The notes under the pieces were generated by a model. It had not been told where the DNA came from. It did no database searches and worked only from the letters and a program-made list of their open reading frames with translations. A DNA stretch of 64,000 nt, taken from Clostridia bacterium. Its GTDB lineage: Bacteria; Bacillota; Clostridia; Oscillospirales; Acutalibacteraceae. Positions 19,436-31,720 of the stretch are shown in pieces. The stretch lies in the NCBI GenBank assembly GCA_017521365.1, contig JAFXCT010000039.1:12433-76432 (forward strand). The letters are read 5' to 3'. The position numbers were made by a program, and so were the translations under genes. Within the stretch, counting starts at the first letter, position 1; every line of letters starts with the position of its first letter.

Positions 19436-19436
19436 A

Positions 19437-19550
19437 TTATTTTTGTGTTTGCTTATCGTGATACTTTTCATAAAGCGGCTGAAAGGCTTTTTGCTGAATA
19501 TCCGTCAGATTATCAACGTCTTCTGGTACGGTTAATCGTAATGAAATCAT
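19437..19550 (-). pseudogene. N-terminal fragment (37 codons) of a GNAT-like acetyltransferase
   Basis: GGAG RBS + ATG, then MISLRLTVPEDVDNLTDIQQKAFQPLYEKYHDKQTQK*. It reads like the start of a GNAT but stops 1 nt from the nested palindrome. Confidence 0.4.
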
Positions 19551-19830
19551 ATTTATCACTCCAAATAAAAAACTCCTCCGATACAAAAATCAGAGGAGTT
19601 CAGGTATAACAATATAAACTTATATTGCGGGCAAAACAACGTCTGATTCAATATACGGTTCTGAATAATACATATAATACGTTGTCATTTTGTCCGCCTG
19701 CCTTTCAAATAATTTTTTTATGATTATACGCTCATATTTCAAAATTGTCAATATTTTTGCTTTCCGTTGCTTTTTGGCAAAAACTGTGCTACAATCTTCC
19801 GGTAAAAATTTTTATTGAGGATATGTAATT

Positions 19831-20358
19831 ATGCAAACGTTATCTTTTGTTCTCAGCACACTCGGCCTTGTTTCAATGATTGCGGCTTCACTCATCAAGG
19901 GCCGCAAGATGAAGCTGATACTTTTCTTTGTTTTTTGCAGCAACGTTCTTTTTGCCACGAGCTATCTGCTTGCGGGCAGCGGAATCAACGGTGCGGCTTC
20001 CTGCTACCTCGGCGGTCTGCAGGCAATAATCAACTACTTTTTCGATTCAAAGGGCAAGCCGCTTCCCAAATGGCTCGTTGCGCTTTATGCGCTCGGCTTT
20101 GTTGCGGTCAATCTCGTTTTTGGCGGCTTCAACGGGCTGACCGTACTTGCGATTGTCGCTTCGCTCTCGTTTGTTATGTGTATCGGCCAGAAAAGCGGCG
20201 CAAAGTACCGCTTCTGGGTTATTGTCAACAGTATTCTCTGGTGCATATACGACCTGATTTCCAAGTCCTACGGCGCATTCGTTTCGCATATTGTTCTGCT
20301 CGGCTTTACCGTTGTGGGTATGATTATTCACGACCGCAAGAAGGGAAATGAAAAATAA
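19831..20358 (+). CDS. YgjV-like inner membrane protein
   Basis: 175 aa with about 5 TM helices; size and hydrophobic pattern resemble the YgjV family. RBS GAGGA. The overlapping frame 19815..20351 is Arg/Cys-rich and rejected. Confidence 0.55.
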   Translation: MQTLSFVLSTLGLVSMIAASLIKGRKMKLILFFVFCSNVLFATSYLLAGSGINGAASCYLGGLQAIINYFFDSKGKPLPKWLVALYALGFVAVNLVFGGFNGLTVLAIVASLSFVMCIGQKSGAKYRFWVIVNSILWCIYDLISKSYGAFVSHIVLLGFTVVGMIIHDRKKGNEK

Positions 20359-20360
20359 TT

Positions 20361-20549
20361 ATGTTCTACGAGTTATCTCATAAAATTCTCGGCTATACCC
20401 ACACCGCAACCCTTGAAAACGGTGTCACCGTAAACTGCTACGAGGACGGCACGGCTGAAGGCAGCGACGGCAGAAAATACCGTATAGTTACTCACCTTGA
20501 CGAGGAAGAGGACGTCGTTGTGGATGGCTGGGAGCCGATAGAGGAATAA
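20361..20549 (+). CDS. small acidic hypothetical protein
   Basis: 62-aa ORF 2 nt after the previous stop, followed by a terminator. Confidence 0.45.
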   Translation: MFYELSHKILGYTHTATLENGVTVNCYEDGTAEGSDGRKYRIVTHLDEEEDVVVDGWEPIEE

Positions 20550-20553
20550 ACGT

Positions 20554-20590
20554 AAAAGCTGTTTTGCTTGAGTGGGCAAAGCAGCTTTTT
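20554..20590 (+). terminator. intrinsic terminator
   Basis: Stem aaaagctgttttgc/gcaaagcagctttt followed by a T-run. Confidence 0.6.
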
Positions 20591-20685
20591 AAATTTTAAG
20601 TAAAATTTCTCTGTACCGTATTGACCTTTGTTCATTAATTGATATTATGAAGATATAACGCAAATCCGAAAGGGGAACGAAAGCA

Positions 20686-21681
20686 ATGAAAAAGCAGCTC
20701 CGATTTATAAAAGACAAGCCGTTCAGAATATTTTTAATGTCAGACCTTCACGGCGGCAAGGGTGTCAGCGACCAGCTGCCCGAAGCGATTGAAGCCGTTA
20801 TGGCAAAATATGAGCCCGACCTTGTTCTGCTTGGCGGCGATACTGCAGGCTGCGGCCCCGTGCACGTTGAAACCGAGCAGGATTTGCGGGAGTATCTCGA
20901 TATTATTACCGAGCCGATGAACAAGCGTAATATCCCGTGGGCACACGTTTTCGGCAATCACGACGATAATTACGGGCTGTCAAGAGAAAAACAGCAGGAG
21001 ATTTACGAGTCCTATCCGCTTTGTCTTTCCGAGGCGGGACCCGAGGAAATCAGCGGTGTGTGTAATTACTGCCTTCCCGTTTTTGCAAGCGACAGCGACA
21101 AAATCAAATTCGCTGTCTGGGGCTTTGATTCTCACGACAATCTCCGAGGCTTCAGGCTTGAATACGGTCTGCCCGAGGATATGAAAATCGTTCTCCACAA
21201 CCACCTGCACGACGGCACGGATTATGACGGCGTTCATTTTGACCAGGCGGCGTGGTATTATTTTGAGTCGATGCGGCTGGAAAAGGAAAACGGCGAAAAA
21301 ATACCGGGTATGATGTATATGCATATAGCAATACCCGAGTTTTATCTTGTTTCGCAGAATTATCACGACTGTAAGTGCTACGGCAGCAAGTGCGAAAACG
21401 TGGCTTCGGGCGAAATCAATTTCGGCCTGTTTGCCGCCTGCCTGCAAAGGGGCGATATCAAGGCTATCTTTGCAGGACACGACCATATAAACGATTTCCA
21501 CGGCACTTATTGCGGCATTAAATTTGCCTATGACGGCGGCCTTACATACGACGGCTATCAGCGTGACTGGATAAGAGGCGGCAGGCTTATCGAAATCAAC
21601 GAAAACGACAACTGGAATTTTACTTCCGATATGGTCTATATCTCCGATATTATGGGTGAAAAGGGTAACAAACGCAAATGA
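20686..21681 (+). CDS. metallophosphoesterase (calcineurin-like)
   Basis: 331 aa with motifs MSDLHGG, GGDT, GNHD and GHDH. Confidence 0.8.
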   Translation: MKKQLRFIKDKPFRIFLMSDLHGGKGVSDQLPEAIEAVMAKYEPDLVLLGGDTAGCGPVHVETEQDLREYLDIITEPMNKRNIPWAHVFGNHDDNYGLSREKQQEIYESYPLCLSEAGPEEISGVCNYCLPVFASDSDKIKFAVWGFDSHDNLRGFRLEYGLPEDMKIVLHNHLHDGTDYDGVHFDQAAWYYFESMRLEKENGEKIPGMMYMHIAIPEFYLVSQNYHDCKCYGSKCENVASGEINFGLFAACLQRGDIKAIFAGHDHINDFHGTYCGIKFAYDGGLTYDGYQRDWIRGGRLIEINENDNWNFTSDMVYISDIMGEKGNKRK

Positions 21682-22352
21682 ACGTAACCGAAAAGCTGCT
21701 TTCAATGCAGGACACCGAATATAAGGCATTTCATTCAAGGCTTATGCCCACGGTTGACGAAAACAGGATAATCGGAATCAGAATTCCCGTGCTGCGAAAT
21801 TTCGCAAAAGAGCTTTCATCCGATGAAGCAAAGGCATTTATACAGTCCTTACCGCACGCCTGTTACGAGGAAAACAACCTTCACGCATTTTTGATTGAGC
21901 GGATAGGGGGTTACGGCGAGTGTATGAAGGCTGTGAATGCCTTTCTTCCCTTTGTCGATAATTGGGCAACCTGCGATTCTCTGCGTCCGAAGGTGTTTAA
22001 AAAGCACCTGCCCGAGCTGCTTGAGCAAATAAAGATTTGGATAAATTCAGACCACGTATATACCGTGCGCTTCGGTCTGGAAATGCTGATGTGCTACTAT
22101 CTTGACGGTGCGTTCCGCCCCGAATATCTTACCCTTGCCACAAGTGTAAAAAGCGAGGAATATTACGTCAATATGATGCTTGCGTGGTTTTTTGCAACGG
22201 CACTCGCCAAGCAGTACGAAGCAGCCCTTCCCTTTATCGAAAACAATACCCTTGATAAATGGACACACAATAAAACAATTCAGAAAGCCGTTGAAAGCTA
22301 TAGAATAACAACGGAGCAGAAAGAGTATCTAAAAAAATTAAAAAGGAATTAA
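21678..22352 (+). CDS. DNA alkylation repair protein (AlkD-like HEAT-repeat family)
   Basis: 224 aa with an ATGA overlap with the upstream gene. Blocks IRIPVLRNFAKE and DNWATCDSLRPKVF are typical of the family. Confidence 0.75.
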   Translation: MNVTEKLLSMQDTEYKAFHSRLMPTVDENRIIGIRIPVLRNFAKELSSDEAKAFIQSLPHACYEENNLHAFLIERIGGYGECMKAVNAFLPFVDNWATCDSLRPKVFKKHLPELLEQIKIWINSDHVYTVRFGLEMLMCYYLDGAFRPEYLTLATSVKSEEYYVNMMLAWFFATALAKQYEAALPFIENNTLDKWTHNKTIQKAVESYRITTEQKEYLKKLKRN

Positions 22353-22354
22353 AA

Positions 22355-22801
22355 ATGCATTACAGTATTGAAAGAATTACTACAGAAAATTATAACCGTT
22401 TTGAGGATATTGTGTATTGGCGTGTCAATTCCGTTGAACGCACGCCGACTTACACATCTGTGTCCGATGCGGTTAAGAACGAGCTTGAAAACAAGGATTT
22501 TTATGTATATGCCGTTGAGGTTGAAAACCGATTCGTCGGTTGGATATCGCTGACCTATATTCCGAAAATCGGTATATGGGGCGGTCACGGTCATATTTTT
22601 GTGGATGAGCTGTGGGTGCAGCCCGATTACCGGGGCAAGGGTCTTGCAAAAACCCTTATGAAAAAGGCAGACGAGCTTAAAGAGAAATACAATGCAACCG
22701 GTATAAGGCTTTACGTAAACGTCAATAACCCGACTGCAAAAGGCTTGTACGAAAAATGCGGTTATGTTGAGGACGGACAGGCGTATTTTATGGAGAAATA
22801 A
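22355..22801 (+). CDS. GNAT family N-acetyltransferase
   Basis: 148 aa with motif VQPDYRGKGLAKTLM. Confidence 0.85.
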   Translation: MHYSIERITTENYNRFEDIVYWRVNSVERTPTYTSVSDAVKNELENKDFYVYAVEVENRFVGWISLTYIPKIGIWGGHGHIFVDELWVQPDYRGKGLAKTLMKKADELKEKYNATGIRLYVNVNNPTAKGLYEKCGYVEDGQAYFMEK

Positions 22802-22802
22802 T

Positions 22803-23294
22803 ATGAAAAATTTATACATTATCGGCGGTGCTATGGGTGTTGGGAAAACAACCGTCTGCCAACAGCTTAAAAAGAAGCTGAACAACAGCGTGTTTCTCGA
22901 CGGCGACTGGTGCTGGGACGCTTCACCCTTTCAGGTAACGGAAGAAACAAAGGAAATGGTAACGGACAATATCTGTTATCTTCTTAATAATTTTATCCGT
23001 TGCTCAGCCTATGAAAACATCATTTTCTGTTGGGTTATGCACGAGCAGTATATTATTGATTCGATACTCGCAAATCTTAAAACGGATAATGTTAATGTGA
23101 AATGTATTTCATTGGTCTGCAACGAAAATACATTACGCAAAAGACTCGAAAAGGATATTGCCCACGGCATAAGAGAAATGGATGTTGTCGAACGAAGCTT
23201 GGAAAGACTAAAAATGTACAGCTCACTCAACACTGTCAAAATCAATACTGACAGTAAAACGGTAGATGAAATTATCAACGAGATAATAAAATAA
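22803..23294 (+). CDS. P-loop NTPase / AAA-family kinase-like protein
   Basis: Internal ATG at 22803 gives MKNLYIIGGAMGVGKTT (Walker A). It starts 1 nt after the previous stop. Confidence 0.7.
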   Translation: MKNLYIIGGAMGVGKTTVCQQLKKKLNNSVFLDGDWCWDASPFQVTEETKEMVTDNICYLLNNFIRCSAYENIIFCWVMHEQYIIDSILANLKTDNVNVKCISLVCNENTLRKRLEKDIAHGIREMDVVERSLERLKMYSSLNTVKINTDSKTVDEIINEIIK

Positions 23295-23313
23295 AAAATT
23301 TTATCTCAGACAC

Positions 23314-23369
23314 AAAAAACGAGCAAACGGGAGCAAAAACGAGCAAACGCGAGAAAAACGGAGCATTTC
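23314..23369. repeat. three degenerate tandem direct repeats (about 19 bp)
   Basis: aaaaaacgagcaaacgggagc / aaaaacgagcaaacgcgag / aaaaacggagcatttc. Confidence 0.6.
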
Positions 23370-23422
23370 AAAAATCGCCTTGGATTTGTGTTGGGAATTT
23401 GCGAAAAAATTTTAAAAAATTG

Positions 23423-23451
23423 TTGACATTTGCCGTTTTTCGCTCTATATT
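23423..23451 (+). promoter_or_regulatory. sigma-A type promoter of the pot operon
   Basis: TTGACA, 17-nt spacer, TATATT, about 65 nt upstream of the potA start. Confidence 0.55.
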
Positions 23452-23515
23452 TATGTTAATTTCTATATTAAATAAACTTAATAAAATAAGGATTTTTCAG
23501 AGAGGGGCTGCATAA

Positions 23516-24640
23516 TTGGAAAACAACATTATCATTGATCTGAAAAATATATCCGTTTCTTACGACGGAGAACCAATACTTAAAGACTTGAATCTCTACA
23601 TCCGTGACAAGGAATTTATTACCTTCCTCGGTCCTTCGGGCTGCGGTAAAACGACTACCCTGCGTGTAATCGCTGGCTTTATTGAGCCGGATGGCGGAGA
23701 TGTCATTTTCTATAATAAACGAATTAATGGTGTACCTCCTCATAAAAGGCAGGTTAACACCGTTTTTCAGCGTTATGCGCTTTTTCCTCACCTTAACGTT
23801 TATGAGAATATTGCCTTCGGTCTGCGGCTGAGAAAGGTCAGCAACAAGGAGATTAAGCAGACCGTTACGGATATGCTTGCCCTTGTAAACCTCAAGGGCT
23901 TTGAGAAGCGTAATATCCAGTCGCTTTCGGGCGGTCAGCAGCAGCGTGTGGCAATTGCACGTGCTCTTGCCGTCAAGCCCAAGGTGCTCCTTCTCGATGA
24001 GCCTCTGGGTGCTCTTGACCTTAAGCTACGTAAGGATATGCAGGTTGAGCTTAAGAAAATTCAGCAGCGCCTTGGAATTACGTTTATTTACGTTACGCAC
24101 GACCAGGAAGAGGCTCTTTCGATGTCTGATACTGTTGTCGTTATGGATAACGGCGTAATTCAGCAGATAGGTACGCCTCTCGATATTTATAACGAGCCGA
24201 AAAATGCTTTCGTTGCAGATTTCATCGGCGAGAGTAACATTCTCGACGGCGTTATGATTGACGATTGCCTTGCCGAGTTTTCGGGCCACCGTTTCGAGTG
24301 TCTCGACAAGGGCTTCGGCAAAAATGAGGCGGTTGACGTTGTTGTGCGTCCCGAGGACGTTGACGTTGTAGAGCCCGAAAAGGGTATGCTCTGCGGTGTC
24401 GTTACATCCGTTACCTTCAAGGGCGTTCATTTTGAAATTATCGTTGATATCGGCGGCTTCAAGTGGATGATTCAGACTACCGACTATCAGCCCGAGGGCG
24501 CAAAAATTGGTCTGTTCATCGAGCCCGATGCAATTCACATTATGAAAAAATCCGCCTATTCCGGCCTTTACGGCGACTACAGCTCCTTCAGCGAGGAGTT
24601 TGACGAGCTTTCCGACCCCGAGGAGGTGGAGGAGGAATGA
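23516..24640 (+). CDS. potA: spermidine/putrescine ABC transporter ATP-binding protein
   Basis: TTG start after AGAGGGG. Walker [10 protein letters not shown], signature LSGGQQQRV, Walker B LLLDEP. Confidence 0.9.
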   Translation: MENNIIIDLKNISVSYDGEPILKDLNLYIRDKEFITFLGPSGCGKTTTLRVIAGFIEPDGGDVIFYNKRINGVPPHKRQVNTVFQRYALFPHLNVYENIAFGLRLRKVSNKEIKQTVTDMLALVNLKGFEKRNIQSLSGGQQQRVAIARALAVKPKVLLLDEPLGALDLKLRKDMQVELKKIQQRLGITFIYVTHDQEEALSMSDTVVVMDNGVIQQIGTPLDIYNEPKNAFVADFIGESNILDGVMIDDCLAEFSGHRFECLDKGFGKNEAVDVVVRPEDVDVVEPEKGMLCGVVTSVTFKGVHFEIIVDIGGFKWMIQTTDYQPEGAKIGLFIEPDAIHIMKKSAYSGLYGDYSSFSEEFDELSDPEEVEEE

Positions 24641-25455
24641 GCAGCCGTTCACTCAAAGCCAAGCTTGTTGCCTCGCCCTATATCGTCTGGTCAGCAATTT
24701 TTGTAATTGCTCCGCTGATTTTCGTTGCCTACTATGCGTTTACCGATTCGAGCGGTGCTTTTACCCTTGAAAACATTTCGGAGCTGAGCAAATACACAAC
24801 CACGTTTCTGCGTTCAATTTGGTTCGGTATAGTTGCAACAATAATCTGCCTGATTATTGCTTTTCCGCTTGCCTATTTCATTTCGCAGAAAACCGAAAAG
24901 GTACAGCGCACACTCGTGCTTCTTGTTATGCTTCCTATGTGGATGAGCTTTCTTATCCGCACCTATTCGTGGATGGCGCTTTTGCAGGATACGGGTATAA
25001 TAAATTCATTCCTTATGAAAATCGGCATCGACCCCGTGCATATGATTAATACGCAGGGTGCGGTTATTCTCGGTATGGTTTACAATTTTCTGCCCTTTAT
25101 GATTACACCGATTTATTCCGTTATGGCAAAGCTTGACCACAGTATGATTGAGGCCTGTCAGGATTTGGGCGGCAACCGCCTTACCTGCGTGCGCCGCTGT
25201 ATTATCCCGATGAGTATGCCCGGCGTTGTTTCGGGCATTACAATGGTCTTTGTCCCGTCTGTGAGTACCTTCTATATTTCACAGAAGCTCGGCGGCGGTT
25301 CGTTTGACCTTATCGGCGACGTTATCGAAAGACAGTTCCAGCAGTCATATAACTATAATCTCGGCGCGGCAATTTCCTTCGTGCTGATGATTCTCATTCT
25401 TATCTGTATGGCGGTTATGAACCGCTTTACGGGTGACGAGGAGATGGCGATATGA
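24637..25455 (+). CDS. potB: spermidine/putrescine ABC transporter permease
   Basis: 272-aa polytopic protein with an ATGA overlap with potA. Confidence 0.85.
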   Translation: MSSRSLKAKLVASPYIVWSAIFVIAPLIFVAYYAFTDSSGAFTLENISELSKYTTTFLRSIWFGIVATIICLIIAFPLAYFISQKTEKVQRTLVLLVMLPMWMSFLIRTYSWMALLQDTGIINSFLMKIGIDPVHMINTQGAVILGMVYNFLPFMITPIYSVMAKLDHSMIEACQDLGGNRLTCVRRCIIPMSMPGVVSGITMVFVPSVSTFYISQKLGGGSFDLIGDVIERQFQQSYNYNLGAAISFVLMILILICMAVMNRFTGDEEMAI

Positions 25456-26258
25456 AAACAGCTTCAAGAATTTATATTGCTCTCGTCTTCCTCTTTCTCT
25501 ATGCTCCGATTTTCGTGCTTATTCTGTTTTCGTTCAACTCAACAAGCAGTACGAGCGTTTTTTCGGGCTTTTCACTTGAGTGGTACAAGGCGATACTTGA
25601 AGACGAAGCTACGCTCAAGGCTCTTTACAATACGGTCATTCTCGCCGTTGCATCTTCTCTTACGGCAACCGTGCTCGGCACGGCGGCGGCAGTCGGCATA
25701 GACCGCTTCAAAAAGGGCCCTGCCCGTTCGGGTGTTATGGCTGTCACGAACATACCTATGATGAATCCCGAAATCGTTACGGGTATTTCGATGATGCTGC
25801 TGTTCGTATTTGTCGGCAGGCTTATTAAAACGGATTCCGTGCTCGGCTTCGGTACTCTGCTTATTGCTCACGTTACCTTCAGCCTGCCTTACGTAATTCT
25901 CAACGTTCTGCCCAAGCTCAGGCAGACCGACCGCAACCTTGCCGAGGCGGCACAGGATTTGGGCTGTAAGCCTGTTGCGGCGTTTTTCAAGGTTGTTCTG
26001 CCCTCGATTATGCCCGGTATTTTAACGGGTATGATTATGGCGTTTACTTTGTCGCTTGATGATTTCATTATAAGCTATTTTACAAGCGGCCCCGGCTTCC
26101 AGACGCTTCCCATAGCCATTTTCTCAATGACCAAGAAGCGAGTCAAGCCCGATATGTATGCTCTTTCCGCTCTCATCTTTGTGAGCATTCTTGTTCTTCT
26201 TATTCTCTATAATATTGCGCAGGCAAAGAGTGAGGAGAAAACGAAGAAAAAGAAATAA
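25452..26258 (+). CDS. potC: spermidine/putrescine ABC transporter permease
   Basis: 268-aa polytopic protein with an ATGA overlap with potB. Confidence 0.85.
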   Translation: MKTASRIYIALVFLFLYAPIFVLILFSFNSTSSTSVFSGFSLEWYKAILEDEATLKALYNTVILAVASSLTATVLGTAAAVGIDRFKKGPARSGVMAVTNIPMMNPEIVTGISMMLLFVFVGRLIKTDSVLGFGTLLIAHVTFSLPYVILNVLPKLRQTDRNLAEAAQDLGCKPVAAFFKVVLPSIMPGILTGMIMAFTLSLDDFIISYFTSGPGFQTLPIAIFSMTKKRVKPDMYALSALIFVSILVLLILYNIAQAKSEEKTKKKK

Positions 26259-26281
26259 TCCCATCATCCTACCGAAAGGAG

Positions 26282-27562
26282 ATGCATATTTTGAAAAGAA
26301 TACTTTCAGCTGTTTTTGCCGTGCTTCTTTGCTTTTCGTCTGCGCTTTACGCCTTTGCCGCAGAGCAGGGTGAAATCAACGCACTCAGAGGCACAACGCT
26401 CTACGTATATAACTGGGGCGAATATATTTCCGACGGTGCTGACGATACGCTCGATGTAAACAAGGCTTTTGAAGAAAAGTACGGTATCAACATTGTTTAC
26501 GATACCTTTGACAACAACGAGGTAATGTATTCCAAGCTCAAAAGCGGCGGTGTTTCCTATGATGTGGTAATACCGTCCGACTATATGATTCAGCGTATGA
26601 TAAACGAGGATATGCTTGAAAAGCTTGATTTTTCAAACATTCCCAACTTTGAAAAATATATTCCCGAAAAATACCGTAACCTCAGCTTTGACCCCAAGAA
26701 CGAGTATTCCGTGCCGTATACGGTCGGTATGGTCGGCCTGATTTACAATTCCGCTATGGTGGACGGCACTCCCGACAGCTGGTCTGCGCTGTGGGATAAG
26801 CAGTACAAGGGTCAGATTCTGATGTTCAACAATCCCCGTGATGCTTTTGCAATTGCCCAGAATCTCCTTGGTATGGACTATAATACCGAATCCGAAATGT
26901 CGTGGAAGATAGCTGCGGAGCTTCTTAAGGAGCAGAAGCAGATTTCTCCCGTTTACGTCAATGATGAAATTTTCCTCAAAATGGAAACGGGTGAGGCTGC
27001 CTTCGGCGCTTACTACGCAGGCGATTTCCTCACGATGAAGGATAATAACCCCGACCTTGAGTTTGTCTATCCCAAGGAAGGCACAAATTACTTTGTTGAT
27101 GCCGCCTGTATCCTCAAGGGCAGCAAAAACAAGCTCGCCGCAGAGCTTTATATCAATTTCCTTCTCGAGCCCGAGGTAGCGCTTGCCAATGCAGAATACA
27201 TCTGTTACGCAAGCCCGCATACGGCGGTTTACACAAATCCGGAGTATACCTATTTCGAGGACGAAATTCTCTACCCCCAGGACGAAAACTATAAAACACA
27301 GAGCTTTCTCAATCTTTCTCCCGAAACGCTTGAGCTTATGAGCTCGCTTTGGGACGATGTCAAAAACTTTAATTCCGATGAAGGCGGAAGCAATTACGAT
27401 TTCTTCTTTGCGGACGGTGAGCTCGGCGCAGCCAACGGTGCGGCAGCTCTCACTCCCGAGGGAACGAGGTATCTGGTTTATATCCTTGTCTTTGCGGCTG
27501 TGTGCGTTGCGTATATCGTTTTCCGCTATGCCAGAAAGAAATACAGAGAAAACGTAAAATAA
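26282..27562 (+). CDS. potD: polyamine ABC transporter substrate-binding protein with a C-terminal TM segment
   Basis: Signal peptide followed by a PotD-like body (LYVYNWGEYI, YPKEGT). An alternative in-frame TTG start at 26291 is better spaced from AAGGAG (26276-26281). Confidence 0.85.
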   Translation: MHILKRILSAVFAVLLCFSSALYAFAAEQGEINALRGTTLYVYNWGEYISDGADDTLDVNKAFEEKYGINIVYDTFDNNEVMYSKLKSGGVSYDVVIPSDYMIQRMINEDMLEKLDFSNIPNFEKYIPEKYRNLSFDPKNEYSVPYTVGMVGLIYNSAMVDGTPDSWSALWDKQYKGQILMFNNPRDAFAIAQNLLGMDYNTESEMSWKIAAELLKEQKQISPVYVNDEIFLKMETGEAAFGAYYAGDFLTMKDNNPDLEFVYPKEGTNYFVDAACILKGSKNKLAAELYINFLLEPEVALANAEYICYASPHTAVYTNPEYTYFEDEILYPQDENYKTQSFLNLSPETLELMSSLWDDVKNFNSDEGGSNYDFFFADGELGAANGAAALTPEGTRYLVYILVFAAVCVAYIVFRYARKKYRENVK

Positions 27563-27637
27563 CCGTGTTTCGGGCAACTCAATCTGCTCGGAATTGCTTA
27601 AAATAATCAAAAAAGTTTGATTTCGGTGTAATATATG

Positions 27638-27666
27638 TTGATTTAAGCAGGTAAATATGGTAAAAT
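27638..27666 (+). promoter_or_regulatory. candidate promoter for the GH2 gene
   Basis: TTGATT, 17-nt spacer, TAAAAT. Confidence 0.4.
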
Positions 27667-27670
27667 AAGG

Positions 27671-27701
27671 GCGTTACAAGAGGTAACGCTCTTTATTTTT
27701 T
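27671..27701 (+). terminator. intrinsic terminator of the pot operon
   Basis: Stem gcgttac/gtaacgc followed by tctttatttttt. Confidence 0.6.
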
Positions 27702-27707
27702 GTGTGA

Positions 27708-30728
<3,021 letters not shown>

Positions 30729-31526
30729 ATGAAATTTTCCGGTTGTTTAATCGCCAGCGATTACGACGGCACCCTCTATAATAACGAGGGTGTCGTCACC
30801 CCGCAGGTAAGAGAAAAAATAGCATATTTTATCGCAAACGGCGGCAGATTTACCGTCTGTACAGGCAGAACGGTGCAGGGCTTTCACGCCTATGAAAGCT
30901 CCTATATCAATGCACCCGTGCTCCACGGCAACGGCTCAACCTGCTACGATTACGAAAGCAATACCCTTGTTTTCGGTGATTCCGTAGGCGAGGAGATTTT
31001 TGGTGCAATCAGAGCTGTTGCCAAAAGCTTTCCGTCTGCCTCAATCGAGATGTACAGCTTCTATAATTCTTTTGTAATCAACAGAAGCGAAACATCACAT
31101 AATCACTTCACCTGCCAGGGCATTGAGTACACCGTTATCGAAGACCCGTCACAGGCGGATTTACCTTGGCAGAAGGTTATGATTTATTCGGAAAAGGACT
31201 CGGCTGCAATTCAGTCGTTCCTTGCCGAAAATCATCCGGATGTCCATTTCCTTCCCACAACGGGAACGTATATCGAAATTATGAAGCCCGGTGTCGATAA
31301 GGGCAGCGGCCTGCTCAAGCTTGCCGACAGCCTTTCAATTCCTCACGGTAAGGTCTTTGCCGTCGGCGACGGCTTTAACGACAGGGAAATGCTCGTTGCC
31401 GCCGCAATAGGCTTCGTGCCGTGTAACGGCAGTGAGGAAGCGCTTGCCGTTGCAGACAGGGTAGTGCGCTCAAACGACGACGGAGCTGTAGCACACGTTA
31501 TCGAAATTCTTGACGAAATGTTTTAA
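30729..31526 (+). CDS. Cof-type HAD-IIB family hydrolase
   Basis: 265 aa with IASDYDGTL and GDGFNDREM. ATG immediately follows the lacZ stop. Confidence 0.85.
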   Translation: MKFSGCLIASDYDGTLYNNEGVVTPQVREKIAYFIANGGRFTVCTGRTVQGFHAYESSYINAPVLHGNGSTCYDYESNTLVFGDSVGEEIFGAIRAVAKSFPSASIEMYSFYNSFVINRSETSHNHFTCQGIEYTVIEDPSQADLPWQKVMIYSEKDSAAIQSFLAENHPDVHFLPTTGTYIEIMKPGVDKGSGLLKLADSLSIPHGKVFAVGDGFNDREMLVAAAIGFVPCNGSEEALAVADRVVRSNDDGAVAHVIEILDEMF

Positions 31527-31533
31527 AAATCAT

Positions 31534-31562
31534 TTGACTTATTTCTTCGGCTATGGTATCAT
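31534..31562 (+). promoter_or_regulatory. promoter for tRNA-Leu, embedded in a hairpin
   Basis: TTGACT, 17-nt spacer, TATCAT, ending 25 nt before the tRNA. Confidence 0.5.
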
Positions 31563-31587
31563 ACTGTAGCCGAAGAAATTTCAGCAC

Positions 31588-31674
31588 GCCGGTGTGGCGA
31601 AATCGGCAGACGCAAGGGACTTAAAATCCCTCGGTGGCAACACCGTACCGGTTCAAGTCCGGTCACCGGCACCA
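31588..31674 (+). tRNA. tRNA-Leu (anticodon TAA), CCA encoded
   Basis: 87 nt. Acceptor GCCGGTG/CACCGGC, anticodon stem AGGGA/TCCCT with loop CTTAAAA, long variable arm, T-loop GGTTCAAGTCC. Confidence 0.9.
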
Positions 31675-31676
31675 CG

Positions 31677-31716
31677 AAAAAGGCCACATTTGTCTATCAG
31701 ACAAATGTGGCCTTTT
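31677..31716. terminator. strong bidirectional intrinsic terminator after tRNA-Leu
   Basis: aaaaaggccacatttgtct atc agacaaatgtggccttttt. Confidence 0.8.
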
Positions 31717-31720
31717 TCGA

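Noticed and set aside
13403-19800. Considered an integrative element or prophage at tRNA-Ser, and likewise at tRNA-Leu (31.7-35 kb).
   Set aside because: There is no integrase, recombinase, transposase or phage/conjugation gene, and no direct repeat of the tRNA 3' end. I report only an accessory stretch and an inverted T-arm fragment.
19815-20351. 178-aa ORF overlapping the YgjV-like gene in another plus-strand frame.
   Set aside because: It is Arg/Cys-rich with no RBS at its start. The alternative frame encodes a coherent multi-TM protein with a good RBS.
23295-23515. Looked for a riboswitch or T-box leader upstream of potA, and upstream of asnS at 6714-6734.
   Set aside because: The potA leader is short and unstructured apart from the tandem repeats. 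asnS follows proC by 21 nt, leaving no room for a leader.
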